Below are positions 21,979 through 31,719 of a stretch of 64,000 bases of DNA, piece after piece; within the stretch, counting starts at the first letter, position 1, and each line of letters starts with the position of its first letter. The stretch spans positions 3,776,001-3,840,000 of the forward strand of contig OY759316.1 in the NCBI GenBank assembly GCA_963662275.1. The letters run 5' to 3'. A program made the position numbers and the translations under genes. Under the pieces are notes generated by a model, which ran no database searches, was not told where the DNA came from, and saw only the letters and a list, made by a program, of their open reading frames with translations. Source of the stretch: Candidatus Cloacimonadales bacterium (lineage in GTDB: Bacteria > Cloacimonadota > Cloacimonadia > Cloacimonadales > DAONDQ01).

Positions 21979-22424
21979 AAACCTTGCTTGAACTTGGATT
22001 TAATTCAGTATAAAGTATTCGGGTCTTTGTTTGCCTGGAGGCAAGGTCTTGTCCGACATTTGAGGTTTGTTTGTATGAAGAATGATAGCAATTAAGCCGT
22101 CTCTTTCATGTTACTTCCCGACATTAGACTGTTATGATTCAACTACTTCACTATTAACTCTTTAAATGTAACTACATCTAGTGCGGTATCAAATGAACCA
22201 TAACCTCCTTTGTCGTTGAAGTACCTTGAAAGATTGTATATAGCAATACAAAACAATAAATGTTAAATTACTGAAAAGGAGTCAAGAAAATTATGCAAAA
22301 AGTAAAAAAATATTGGGGTAGTAAATTTTGAATATAACCATATTGACACTTTTAGGTTCTAGATAGAAATTGTGAAATATAAGTGTTGGAAGAGTAGGTA
22401 ACATCAACTGAGAAGGATGTATTT

Positions 22425-23231
22425 ATGCGAACGAGGATTGTCATTATTGTATTTTGTACCTTGATTATTCTGTCTATATTAGGATGCCAGAAGAACCATA
22501 TCACAAACCTTTCCGATTCAGGATTCTGGAAAACATTTGATTTTGAATCTACGGACTTAAATTTTTTTACAAATGGCAGAACCATTCAGAATCAATTTTA
22601 TGCAACTAATACAACAGGAACTGTGAATTTTTTAGATTATACAAATTATCAGGTTACGGATTTTGACAATCTCGCTGTAGGTTATGATTATAAACCAATT
22701 ATTTCAGAGGATTTTGCAGTATTTCTTTTAAGTAATACAAACAATTAATAATAATTTCTATCTCTCTTATGATAATGGTGACAACTCAACCTATCAAAGA
22801 GTTATATATCCTGATTTAACTTATAAAGACTCTCTCGTACCGCAAATACATAGTGCTATACTTTTTTTTCATTTAGAAACATGTTATGGGCGCAAAAAGT
22901 AGATCGGGAACTAGCCTATACTTCTGATTTTATTAACTGGCAGCATTTTGGTTATTTAAACCCGTATTTTTTTGATTTCCGAGAAATCGAAAACTCTGTG
23001 TTTATCTATACAAATGACGAATTATACTGCTTTGGAGATTCAACCATGACTGGTAATCTTTCTCAGTTACCAACTGAGAATATCAAATCAAGAACCATAA
23101 CGTCTATTAGTAAATTCCATAATGATATGATAATTACTACAACAAATGGGATTTTCTACCAAGACTATGCCACGGCAATGAGTAAAAAAATACTTATTTC
23201 CAAGAACAAGATTTTAGGCTTGGAGAATTGA
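22425..23231 (+). pseudogene. Lipoprotein gene broken into three frames
   Basis: Lipobox ILGC in 22425-22748; bridging open frame about 22741-22902; third frame 22854-23231; T8 tract at 22862-22869. Confidence 0.55.
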
Positions 23232-23392
23232 GAATGAAACCGGACGGGCGTACTGCCGTGCGTACCTATAGTATCTGACTGTAAGATGTTGGCTTATGCA
23301 AAGTACATCCTGAAGTAGTTAGTACAAACTTATCCGCTGAATTGGATGCTACAAGACTCCTGAAGTAATCTTTACCATTCCTAAAGAAACAA

Positions 23393-24547
23393 CTACATAA
23401 GAGACTTAATAAAGCATCTTCTTCTTTTATGCTGTCTTTGCCCAAAGTATTTCCACTGGGCTTGTACTCTGTTATTACTCTCAAGTTCGGGATTGGTTTC
23501 TGCTTTGATAAATTTGTTATCAATATAGCTTTGGATTAATTCTCTAAAAAGCAGTGAGTTCACCCCTTTATCCTGGAGATCAGGTCGAACAGCCATGAGG
23601 TATAGATCTACAGTACTTTCATTTTTCAAGGCATCCAGGATATAGAACACTCCAAAAGGAAAGAGTTTCCCCTTGGCTTTTTGAAATGCTCTCGAAAGTG
23701 AAGGAAAGGTTAATCCGAAGGCTGCTACTTTATCATCTTCATCGAGAATCAGACTAATCAATTTCGGATTCGCCATACCTATATATTGTTTAATGTAAAG
23801 GTCGATTTGCTTCCTGGTTAGAGGAACGAACCCGTAAAAATCCTGGTAAGCTGAATTTAATAGTTCGAAGATATCGACAGCATAATGCTTGATCTCTTTA
23901 ATCCTGGTAGCATGAAGAACTCTCAGTTTATATTTTTTCAGAACGATCTCAGAAATCCTCTCAATTTTTTCAGGAATTTTGTCGGGAATGATGATTTCAT
24001 ATTCCATCCAATCTACATCCTTTTCATAACCAAGTTTACTGAGGTGTATCGGATAATAAGGATAGTTATAGATCGTTGCTATATTGCTTAACTCATCAAA
24101 ACCTTCAATTAGCATACCTTCAGGGTCAAGATCTGTAAAGCCAAGAGGTCCATGAACTGCATGCATACCATGTGACTTTGCCCAATTTTCAACTGTAGTA
24201 ATCAGCGCTTTTGATACATTCTCATCATCAATGAAATCAATCCAACCGAAACGGCAGTGTTTTTCGTTCCATTTTTCATTATACTTATGGTTGATGATAC
24301 CGGCAATTCTCCCTACTACTTTCGCATTATGATAGGCTAACCATACGTTTACATCACAGAATTCATAAGCAGGATTTTTATCTTTATTAAAGAAATTCAT
24401 CTCATCATTATTTAATTGAGGAATCCAGCATTTGTTTCCACGATAAAGAGAAAATGGAAAAGAGACGAATTTCTTCAAGTCTTTCCTAGTCTTTACTTCC
24501 TTTATAACAATATCAGTTGTTAATAACATAATACACTTGCTCCCCAT
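23393..24547 (-). CDS. YghO-like GNAT-fold acetyltransferase
   Basis: VVGRIAGIIN, RFGWIDF, GPLGFTD, YNYPYY, PELESN. Confidence 0.8.
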   Translation of the reverse strand: MGSKCIMLLTTDIVIKEVKTRKDLKKFVSFPFSLYRGNKCWIPQLNNDEMNFFNKDKNPAYEFCDVNVWLAYHNAKVVGRIAGIINHKYNEKWNEKHCRFGWIDFIDDENVSKALITTVENWAKSHGMHAVHGPLGFTDLDPEGMLIEGFDELSNIATIYNYPYYPIHLSKLGYEKDVDWMEYEIIIPDKIPEKIERISEIVLKKYKLRVLHATRIKEIKHYAVDIFELLNSAYQDFYGFVPLTRKQIDLYIKQYIGMANPKLISLILDEDDKVAAFGLTFPSLSRAFQKAKGKLFPFGVFYILDALKNESTVDLYLMAVRPDLQDKGVNSLLFRELIQSYIDNKFIKAETNPELESNNRVQAQWKYFGQRQHKRRRCFIKSLM

Positions 24548-24872
24548 ATTTAACCAAAGTCAAATGCAGTTAATACGACAATATCTTCATTATTGATTTT
24601 GTCTTAAGATATGATTTTATCCAAAACTATGAATATTGAAGCGACAGAAAGTATTCCCAAATTTGTCAAGATTAATCATGACTTTATCAGGAGCTAGAAC
24701 TTGGATTTCATCACAATTCAAAGACTGTTTGATTTGAGATTGTTCTCCTACAATGCTTCATTTTATACCGAAAAAACAAGGACAAAAAATGCTCAAAAGG
24801 AATCTGAATGAAATTATGGATAGAATCCAGGCTAAACTTTGGCTAATTACAGCCTGAATTTAGTTGACTCTC

Positions 24873-24888
24873 CTTCGACTACGCTCAG
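24873..24888 (+). repeat. CTTCGACTACGCTCAG repeat family
   Basis: Copies at 24873, 53290 (one mismatch) and 55953. Confidence 0.7.
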
Positions 24889-24927
24889 GGAAGCTCCTTC
24901 CCCCCTAAATCGAACAACAACCTTTAT

Positions 24928-26820
24928 GGAGATGTCCCGAAACTAGCATGATTTTATTTTCTTCTGTTGTAAAATATGTGATTGTTTTTACAGGCAAACT
25001 AAATTACTCAATAGTTTCCGAAAAGCGATGCAAAGACAAGGAAAAACGGAGTAATATTTACCTAATTCATGTTTGAATTCTGGTAGGAAGAGTCTTCATC
25101 AGGCTTTTCCTTCAGTATTTTGTAAGTGCAGAAACATTTTCCCTATATTATGTCCTAAAAAGAGGAGGGATAACTGTTCCTTGCATTTTCTCAATGAACG
25201 GACAGTAAATCTCTCAAACTTCCTGTTCCACTTCATGAAAGCAAATACAGCCTCCGGTTCGATGCCTCTTTGCTTTCTCAGCTTGTCGCCTTTTTCAGAA
25301 AGCAGATTATTGACTGTCTGACGTTTTAGTGGAGCTATATGAGGATCGTAGGTCAGTGATTTATGTGTTTTATCCTTGTAGGGAATACACTTTTTATTGT
25401 GAGGACATTCTCTGCAGTCATTACATATATAGGTTTTCACGATTCGTTTCGGACCGTTCTTCTCTGTCTCTTCTTCCTTGATTTTGACCAGTCTCCGATT
25501 AAATTGACAGACCCACTCATCATGCTCCTCATCATAGCTAAAGCCTGTCAGAAGAGAGTCCCGATAATCTCTCTTATAATCCTGGGTCTTGAGATAGCTT
25601 GTTATCTCTTTTTCAGCAGCATAATTCAAATTCAGCGCAGTGCCATAGGCAGCATCTCCAACAACGTCGGTAGGATATTGTCCCAATTCATCATGCATTT
25701 GCTCCATGAGATTGGGAAATTCAACGGTTTCTTTAGGGATATTGAATAAGTGAATGCCTGTGACAAATTGCTCTGAAGTTCCGATACTGGCAACATAACC
25801 CGGTGCCAGCTGTCCATTTTTCAATCGCATAAATGTGGCATCATTATCAGTCTTGGATGTGCTGCTGCGTCCTTCTCCAATTATCTCAAGCTGTTGCTCA
25901 TATTTCTCCAGCTTAGTTATATCATTGCTCTTTGATTTGGAGATTTCGCGCAAAAGAGATTTGATTTTCTTGATAGCCCGAGTATCTGACGGATGATTTT
26001 TCTGTAGTCGGGACATTGCTTCTTTCAGCTTGTTTTCTGCTGAGACCAGTCTATCTCTGATCTGTTCAGATGCGACTGTAGCAGTTTTCTCTGATTCAAC
26101 CGCATGCAATTGCTCACCAAGCTCAAGAAGATCAGCGGTTCCATATTGCTGTTGCTCTTCCTGATTATATTCCTCGATCTTTTTAAACAATCCCTCAACT
26201 CGTGTCTTGACCAGTTCCTGATAACGAAGCGCATTGCTTTTCCAGATGTAGGAATTCTTGCCGGCATTTGCGTGAATCGTCGTCCCGTCAACAAAACAGG
26301 TGTCGAGATCAAGATATCCTAATGATGATGCTTTCAGTACTACCTGATAAAATACATCAATAAGAATATCAGAACACTTAGTCCAGGCAAAGGTGTTGAT
26401 CGTTCTGAAATCAGGTTCCTGTTCTCCTGCCAGCCAGATAAAATTGATGTTCTCCCGAACAGCCTTAGCTATCTTCCGACAGGTATAAATACCATTGATA
26501 TAGGCATACACAATGATCTTCAACATCATCTTGGGATGATAAGCAGGTGTACCTTCATCAGAGTATCTTGTGTATAGCTCAGATAAGTCCAGTTGCTCAA
26601 CGACATCGTTAACATAACGAACCATGTGCTGGGGAGGTATTCTCTCTTCAATATTAAGTCCATAGAGTGTCCCCTGATTCGGATTGTGCTCTCTGAAATT
26701 CATAATTCTCTCTATGCTTAGTTTTTAAAGGCAACAATACACCCTATAACAATATGTCAAGTAATATGATTAATATTTAATAGTTGCTATTTTTCTATCA
26801 TTTAGTTTCGGGACATCTCC
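24928..26820 (-). mobile_element. IS1182-family insertion sequence
   Basis: Perfect 18-bp terminal inverted repeats GGAGATGTCCCGAAACTA (24928-24945) and TAGTTTCGGGACATCTCC (26803-26820) enclosing the transposase. Confidence 0.92.
25099..26703 (-). CDS. IS1182-family DDE transposase
   Basis: GTPAYHPKMMLK, PDFRTI, VDGTTIHANA, KTDNDATFMR, DAAYG, Cys-rich region, R-x-x-x-P-E-x-VF. Confidence 0.93.
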   Translation of the reverse strand: MNFREHNPNQGTLYGLNIEERIPPQHMVRYVNDVVEQLDLSELYTRYSDEGTPAYHPKMMLKIIVYAYINGIYTCRKIAKAVRENINFIWLAGEQEPDFRTINTFAWTKCSDILIDVFYQVVLKASSLGYLDLDTCFVDGTTIHANAGKNSYIWKSNALRYQELVKTRVEGLFKKIEEYNQEEQQQYGTADLLELGEQLHAVESEKTATVASEQIRDRLVSAENKLKEAMSRLQKNHPSDTRAIKKIKSLLREISKSKSNDITKLEKYEQQLEIIGEGRSSTSKTDNDATFMRLKNGQLAPGYVASIGTSEQFVTGIHLFNIPKETVEFPNLMEQMHDELGQYPTDVVGDAAYGTALNLNYAAEKEITSYLKTQDYKRDYRDSLLTGFSYDEEHDEWVCQFNRRLVKIKEEETEKNGPKRIVKTYICNDCRECPHNKKCIPYKDKTHKSLTYDPHIAPLKRQTVNNLLSEKGDKLRKQRGIEPEAVFAFMKWNRKFERFTVRSLRKCKEQLSLLFLGHNIGKMFLHLQNTEGKA

Positions 26821-26900
26821 GGGGGTACCCCAAACTTCTTGACAAACTAGCACACTCCCAGATTTTCACTTTATATGCAGATTGATCTGTTGAGTGAGAC

Positions 26901-26922
26901 AACCGGCTGAAACCGGAGCTAC
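26901..26922 (-). repeat. REP-like copy matching the polA-internal repeats
   Basis: Minus strand GTAGCTCCGGTTTCAGCCGGTT. Confidence 0.7.
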
Positions 26923-26967
26923 CCTGACTTTACATTAAATCAGGTGCATTCTGCATGAAATAGGCAA

Positions 26968-27044
26968 GCCCCCGTAGCTCAGGTGGATAGAGCAGTTCCC
27001 TCCTAAGGAAAAGGTCAGCCGTTCGAGTCGGCTCGGGGGTGCCA
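26968..27044 (+). tRNA. tRNA-Arg (CCT)
   Basis: Acceptor GCCCCCG/CGGGGGT, D arm TAGCTCAGGTGGATAGAGC, anticodon loop CT-CCT-AA, TTCGAGT T loop, encoded CCA. Confidence 0.95.
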
Positions 27045-27108
27045 TTTTTTTATTATAAGTAACCATTAGTGGAATGTTATTCATAACATTTGGTTGAGAT
27101 TGTGTTTA

Positions 27109-28353
27109 ATGGTTATAAATAACAATTCACGGAAGGGGTTTCCTACGAAAACAATCTGTATCATCGGTGCCGGTCCGGCAGGACTTTTCTCAGCTTTACA
27201 ACTTGGTTCATACGCCAATACCATTCTTCTTGAAAAGAATGCCAAAGCTGGCTTGAAACTTCGCATCAGCGGTTCGGGGCAGGCAAACTTAACGCATTCC
27301 GGTACAGAAGAAAACTTCATACATCACTACGGAAATCATGGTCACTTCCTCAAACATAGTTTATTCAATTTCAATAACCAGGCACTATGCAGGTTCTTTG
27401 CTGAAAACGATGTACCACTTGTGGAACGACCAGATGGCAAATATTTTCCTCAATCCAAAAAAGCGGATATGGTAGCTGATAAATTAATTTCTCTCTGCCT
27501 GGAAGATGATGTGAAAATCCTCTACCAGGAACCTGTGCTTGAGATTAGAAAGCATGGGTCAGAATTCACAATTACTACTCCAACAAAGACGTTGAACTGC
27601 GATATTGTTATCTTGACAACCGGGGGTATGACTTATCCGCAGACCGGCAGTACTGGTGATGGATATCGTCTAGCAGCTTCTCTCGGACATAAGATCATCA
27701 AACCGAAGGCTGCCCTTGTACCATTCAAAATCGCCAATTACCAGTGGGCAAATATGTCAGGGATTAGCTATAATGATGTTAAAACAGATATTATTCGCAA
27801 TGGCAAATGCATTGCCAGTTTGATTGATTCAGTGCTTTTCACACATACTGGTTTGTCTGGTCCGGCGATACTGCATCTTTCGCGTTATGCTTCCAAAAAT
27901 GATATTGTACGATTGCATATTTTGGATGATAAGCAATGTGAGCAGTTGTCCAAGACTCTGCGATTCCTGACTTCTTCCAAGAAGTCGATCAAGACTATCC
28001 TGCATGAATTTGGCATGGTATTTCGCATGATCGATATGATCCTGCCCATGTGCCAGATCGGGGAAACAGAGACACCATCACACCTTGCACGTGAGAAGCG
28101 GGAAGCCCTGCTTTATTTACTGGAGCATTTCGATATGGTAATAGCTGATGCGGAGGATATCAATACGGCGATGGTCACTGCAGGTGGTGTTGATTTGGAG
28201 GAAGTGAATTCGAAAACGATGGAATCGCGGATTGTGCTGAATCTGTATTTAGCAGGAGAAGTCCTGGATATAGATGGAGATTCCGGTGGATATAATCTGC
28301 AGGCTGCGTTTTCCACTGCGTTTACGGCAGTCCAAGCAATACTGAAAAAGTAA
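27109..28353 (+). CDS. HI0933/BaiN-family flavoprotein oxidoreductase
   Basis: IIGAGPAG, KLRISGSGQANLT, LFTHTGLSGP, VTAGGV, GGYNLQAAFST; start uncertain. Confidence 0.92.
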   Translation: MVINNNSRKGFPTKTICIIGAGPAGLFSALQLGSYANTILLEKNAKAGLKLRISGSGQANLTHSGTEENFIHHYGNHGHFLKHSLFNFNNQALCRFFAENDVPLVERPDGKYFPQSKKADMVADKLISLCLEDDVKILYQEPVLEIRKHGSEFTITTPTKTLNCDIVILTTGGMTYPQTGSTGDGYRLAASLGHKIIKPKAALVPFKIANYQWANMSGISYNDVKTDIIRNGKCIASLIDSVLFTHTGLSGPAILHLSRYASKNDIVRLHILDDKQCEQLSKTLRFLTSSKKSIKTILHEFGMVFRMIDMILPMCQIGETETPSHLAREKREALLYLLEHFDMVIADAEDINTAMVTAGGVDLEEVNSKTMESRIVLNLYLAGEVLDIDGDSGGYNLQAAFSTAFTAVQAILKK

Positions 28354-28360
28354 CTATATC

Positions 28361-28388
28361 GTGGAGTAGGATCGGAATCCTACTCCAC
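28361..28388. repeat. REP palindrome at the RAYT 3' end
   Basis: GTGGAGTAGGAT-CGGA-ATCCTACTCCAC, perfect 12-bp arms. Confidence 0.9.
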
Positions 28389-29060
28389 AATAATAGGTTT
28401 CAGGTCTTCTTTTATCCAGGTTCCATACCATTCATTCCAGTGCTGAACTAATCCTGCTTTTACAGGATTTTCAATTATGTATTCAAGAGTATGATAAAAC
28501 TCATTATCATTCTTTATTAAGTGATCATATGATTCTTGCTGCCATAGGCTACCTGTTCTATTGAGAATTTTGTTGATTTGATTTGCTGTATATCTTTTCC
28601 ATGAGTAATTGATATGAGCCAAACTAACAACAGGAACATCAGGTTTAATGATAGGTAAAATTAACACATGCACGTGATTCGGCATGATGCAATATGAGAG
28701 AAGTTCATAATGTTGATTATCAAAATAACGGAAGGCATTTGCAATAATATCTGTGATATCAGATCTATGCAGTAATTGTGGTACTTCTTGAGACTTTGAG
28801 ATTAGCTCATCAAAACTACAGAAGAATGTATAATCTTTTATATTTTGCTGGTTTTTCTTTTCATGTTCTGATAAGGTTTGATATACTTTTTGCCATTCAT
28901 TCTTTTTGATGCTAAGTTCATGTAAGATTGATTTTGGCAAAGTGAATTTGAGACGATAGGTAATAAATATTGGCTGAATAATATCGTAAAGATGAGGAAG
29001 ATTCTGAGAACGGTATGAGTACTTCAGATTTTCCTGACCGATTGTGTTAAAATTCTTCAT
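28380..29060 (-). CDS. REP-associated tyrosine transposase (RAYT, Y1 HUH)
   Basis: NLPH, FITYRL, YCIMPNHVH (HUH), WQQESYDH, YIIENPVKAGL; flanked by REPs. Confidence 0.92.
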   Translation of the reverse strand: MKNFNTIGQENLKYSYRSQNLPHLYDIIQPIFITYRLKFTLPKSILHELSIKKNEWQKVYQTLSEHEKKNQQNIKDYTFFCSFDELISKSQEVPQLLHRSDITDIIANAFRYFDNQHYELLSYCIMPNHVHVLILPIIKPDVPVVSLAHINYSWKRYTANQINKILNRTGSLWQQESYDHLIKNDNEFYHTLEYIIENPVKAGLVQHWNEWYGTWIKEDLKPIIVE

Positions 29061-29080
29061 TTTACCTCCGTAATTGAAAT

Positions 29081-29498
29081 GTGGAGTAGGATTCCGATCC
29101 TACTGAACATCTTACCCAAAGGGAACAATCAGATTTTATAGATGATAGGATATTTGTGAAGTCAAGAAAAAATGCAAATTCAGTAGGATCGGAATCCTAC
29201 TCCATGACGGAAATCCTGCTTCATGACAGCCTCGAGTCCAGTAAGATCGGAATCTTACTCCACGTTAAAGATTGATATTATTCTTTAGCCTCGAGTCCAG
29301 TAGGATCGGAATCTTACTCCACGATGGAAATCCTGATTCATGACAGTTTCGAGTCCAGTAGGATCGGAATCCTACTCCACGATGGAAATCCTGATTCATG
29401 ACAGTTTCGAGTCCAGTAAGATCGGAATCCTACTCCACGTTAAAGATTGATATTATTCTTTAGTCTCGAGTCCAGTAAGATCGGAATCCTACTCCACG
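29081..29498. repeat. REP cluster: one inverted REP plus six-unit tandem array
   Basis: CAGTARGATCGGAATCYTACTCCA at 29181, 29239, 29298, 29356, 29414, 29473 (period 58-59); inverted copy at 29081-29107. Confidence 0.92.
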
Positions 29499-29519
29499 AC
29501 TGAGTCTTATTCCACGATA

Positions 29520-31493
29520 CTATTTGATAAATGTGAATTTAATGAGTTTCTGATTGCTATGTTTATCTTCCAGCTTAAGAAAATAGATACCGGAGCTTTT
29601 ACCTGAAAGATCAATATCCAGTTTATCATAATTCATGCTAGGAGAAACGTAATCTAATTTCTGTCCTCTGATATTATAGACGGCAATACTCTTCAATTCA
29701 GATTCAATCGGCAAGGAAAAACTAAAGATCTTGTGCTTAGCCATTGTCTTTGAAGAATAGCGAATATTCTTCAGGAAATAATGGTTTACAGTTACATCTT
29801 CATCTGATTTCGTAAAAGAAAGAATATGCTCAGAGCCAGCTTCCATCACAGGAATAGTTTGTACTTGATCGAAATAAGTTAATTCAACATTTGAAAGTGA
29901 AGTTGAAGAAGTATTCGAGATTTTGAACTGGATATTATCATTGGTGACCAGGACATTCTGGATCATTAGAGAATCTGAAGCCAAGATACGATCAAAAACA
30001 TTCTCCGTAGTATCTATCCATAAACCATGATTTTGCTGGTAATCATCCATCATTTCAAAACAAGTATTTGCCTCCGGTTTGAGAGCAGCAATTCTCGTTT
30101 GCGGATCGTAAGTCAGAAAATTGTAAACCTGTGCCGTTTCCCTGAAGAGGCAAAAATGAGTATAAACGATAAACAACCCTCTTTCTGCAATTAATGTATC
30201 CAAGTGAGGAGCTGTAACATTTACTGAGAAACTGTTGTTCGGCATATCCGGCATCGTCCATTCGGAGCACATGCGCCTTTTAAAAAAGTATAAAGGTTTA
30301 TCCGTGATTGCATATACACGATGTGGCAATTGATTGAATTCCGTATAAGCATTGATATAACTTTCTGATTGATTTCTCATCATCCATACATATTTGATAC
30401 TCGATTCCAGGATGATATCAAGACTGTAAGAAGAAGAGTCAGGAATAGTTCCATAATTGTCAAAATTCTCGTAATTAGTGCCATGATCGATCCAGACTTT
30501 CATATTATAGGGTTTCATATCATAGAGTAAATTCTGTCTCAGGAGACTGATATCATCATTAAAATTCGAATAAGTATGATATCCGATACTGTTACCATAA
30601 CGCAATAATTCGTTCCAGATAGGCTTCAGAGTCGGAAGATCTTCTCCAAAAACGGTATTTGTTACCCGGATATGATTTGTGGCTAACCCTTTTTGTTTAT
30701 AATCAGCAGAAAGTGAGTCACTGGTTCCAAAATAAGCAGCCCTGAGGAAACTGTCAGATTCATTATCGGCATCATTGGAAATACATAATGCAGCTTTCTT
30801 GCCAGCAGGATAATAATTAATAAATGGAAAGAAGGGTTTGGTTTCAGCAATCAGGAAAGTATAGTCATTAGAATCACCGTTTTTCCGAGGATACCAGTTG
30901 TGCATCGTTTCCGTTCGAGGAAAAAAAGCCCAATGATCATGGTAATCATAGAGTAAGATTTGGTTGTTTTCAATTCGCTCAATGCCAGATGTACCATCAT
31001 AATGAGAACCGATGACCCAGAATGAGTTTGAACCGGAAGAATACTGAACAATTTTATTTGAAAAAGGAGTCGTTGGGTGATTTTTGGATGCATCCTGCTG
31101 CATGACTGCTTCCGATCCGATTAAAAGTTGCGTATTTGTCGGAGTATGCAAGACGATGGAAATGAACCTGATTTCAGTATCCATTTTATAATCGATTCGG
31201 GTATAAACCTGGTAGTTATTATTGAATGGTTTGAAACTGATTTTCATATTCAATTGTGGTACGTTGTAGTTGAAGCTGAATTCTCCATTTTCTTCAAAAA
31301 CAGTCTGTAAAGTAGGTGTAATCGCCAAGGTAGTATAGGTAACAAGATCGCTGTTGTAAACCAGTATGACGGGTTCAATACGAATGCTTAACTGATTCAC
31401 AACGATGCTGTCGTTAGCACTCCAAGTCAGGCTTGGAAGTGCTGAACATATGAAACTCATGGCAATAATCAGGATAATCATATATTTATTCAT
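29520..31493 (-). CDS. Secreted protein with polysaccharide-deacetylase-like core and C-terminal sorting-type domain
   Basis: Signal peptide; ALCISNDAD and SIGYHT motifs; C-terminal VYNIRGQK...SSGIYFLKL. Confidence 0.6.
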   Translation of the reverse strand: MNKYMIILIIAMSFICSALPSLTWSANDSIVVNQLSIRIEPVILVYNSDLVTYTTLAITPTLQTVFEENGEFSFNYNVPQLNMKISFKPFNNNYQVYTRIDYKMDTEIRFISIVLHTPTNTQLLIGSEAVMQQDASKNHPTTPFSNKIVQYSSGSNSFWVIGSHYDGTSGIERIENNQILLYDYHDHWAFFPRTETMHNWYPRKNGDSNDYTFLIAETKPFFPFINYYPAGKKAALCISNDADNESDSFLRAAYFGTSDSLSADYKQKGLATNHIRVTNTVFGEDLPTLKPIWNELLRYGNSIGYHTYSNFNDDISLLRQNLLYDMKPYNMKVWIDHGTNYENFDNYGTIPDSSSYSLDIILESSIKYVWMMRNQSESYINAYTEFNQLPHRVYAITDKPLYFFKRRMCSEWTMPDMPNNSFSVNVTAPHLDTLIAERGLFIVYTHFCLFRETAQVYNFLTYDPQTRIAALKPEANTCFEMMDDYQQNHGLWIDTTENVFDRILASDSLMIQNVLVTNDNIQFKISNTSSTSLSNVELTYFDQVQTIPVMEAGSEHILSFTKSDEDVTVNHYFLKNIRYSSKTMAKHKIFSFSLPIESELKSIAVYNIRGQKLDYVSPSMNYDKLDIDLSGKSSGIYFLKLEDKHSNQKLIKFTFIK

Positions 31494-31719
31494 AAATGCA
31501 TATTAATTTTAAAGACAAAACTGTCAAAAAATAACTTGCATCAAATCGAAGATTTGTTTAAAAACAGGTTTTAATCGACAAGTTACTTGACGCTTAGTTC
31601 TATCCAAAAATATTGAAAAATGAAATGAGTCACAAAACAACAATGTAAAAAACTACATCCTGAAGTGAGTGCTGCATTGTTTGGAATAAATGATGAAAAA
31701 AAACGGGAAGGCGGTTATC

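Noticed and set aside
22140..22260. Short minus-strand frames after a GGAGG near 22205
   Set aside because: Only a 7-codon ORF follows the SD-like site and the longer frame has no credible start or homology I can recognise.
29181..29498. CRISPR array
   Set aside because: Spacers are not unique (two recurring types), the repeat equals the REP flanking the RAYT, and no cas genes are in the window.
23304..31666. 13-mer TACATCCTGAAGT at 23304 and 31654
   Set aside because: A single 13-bp match is expected by chance in 64 kb and flanks do not extend.
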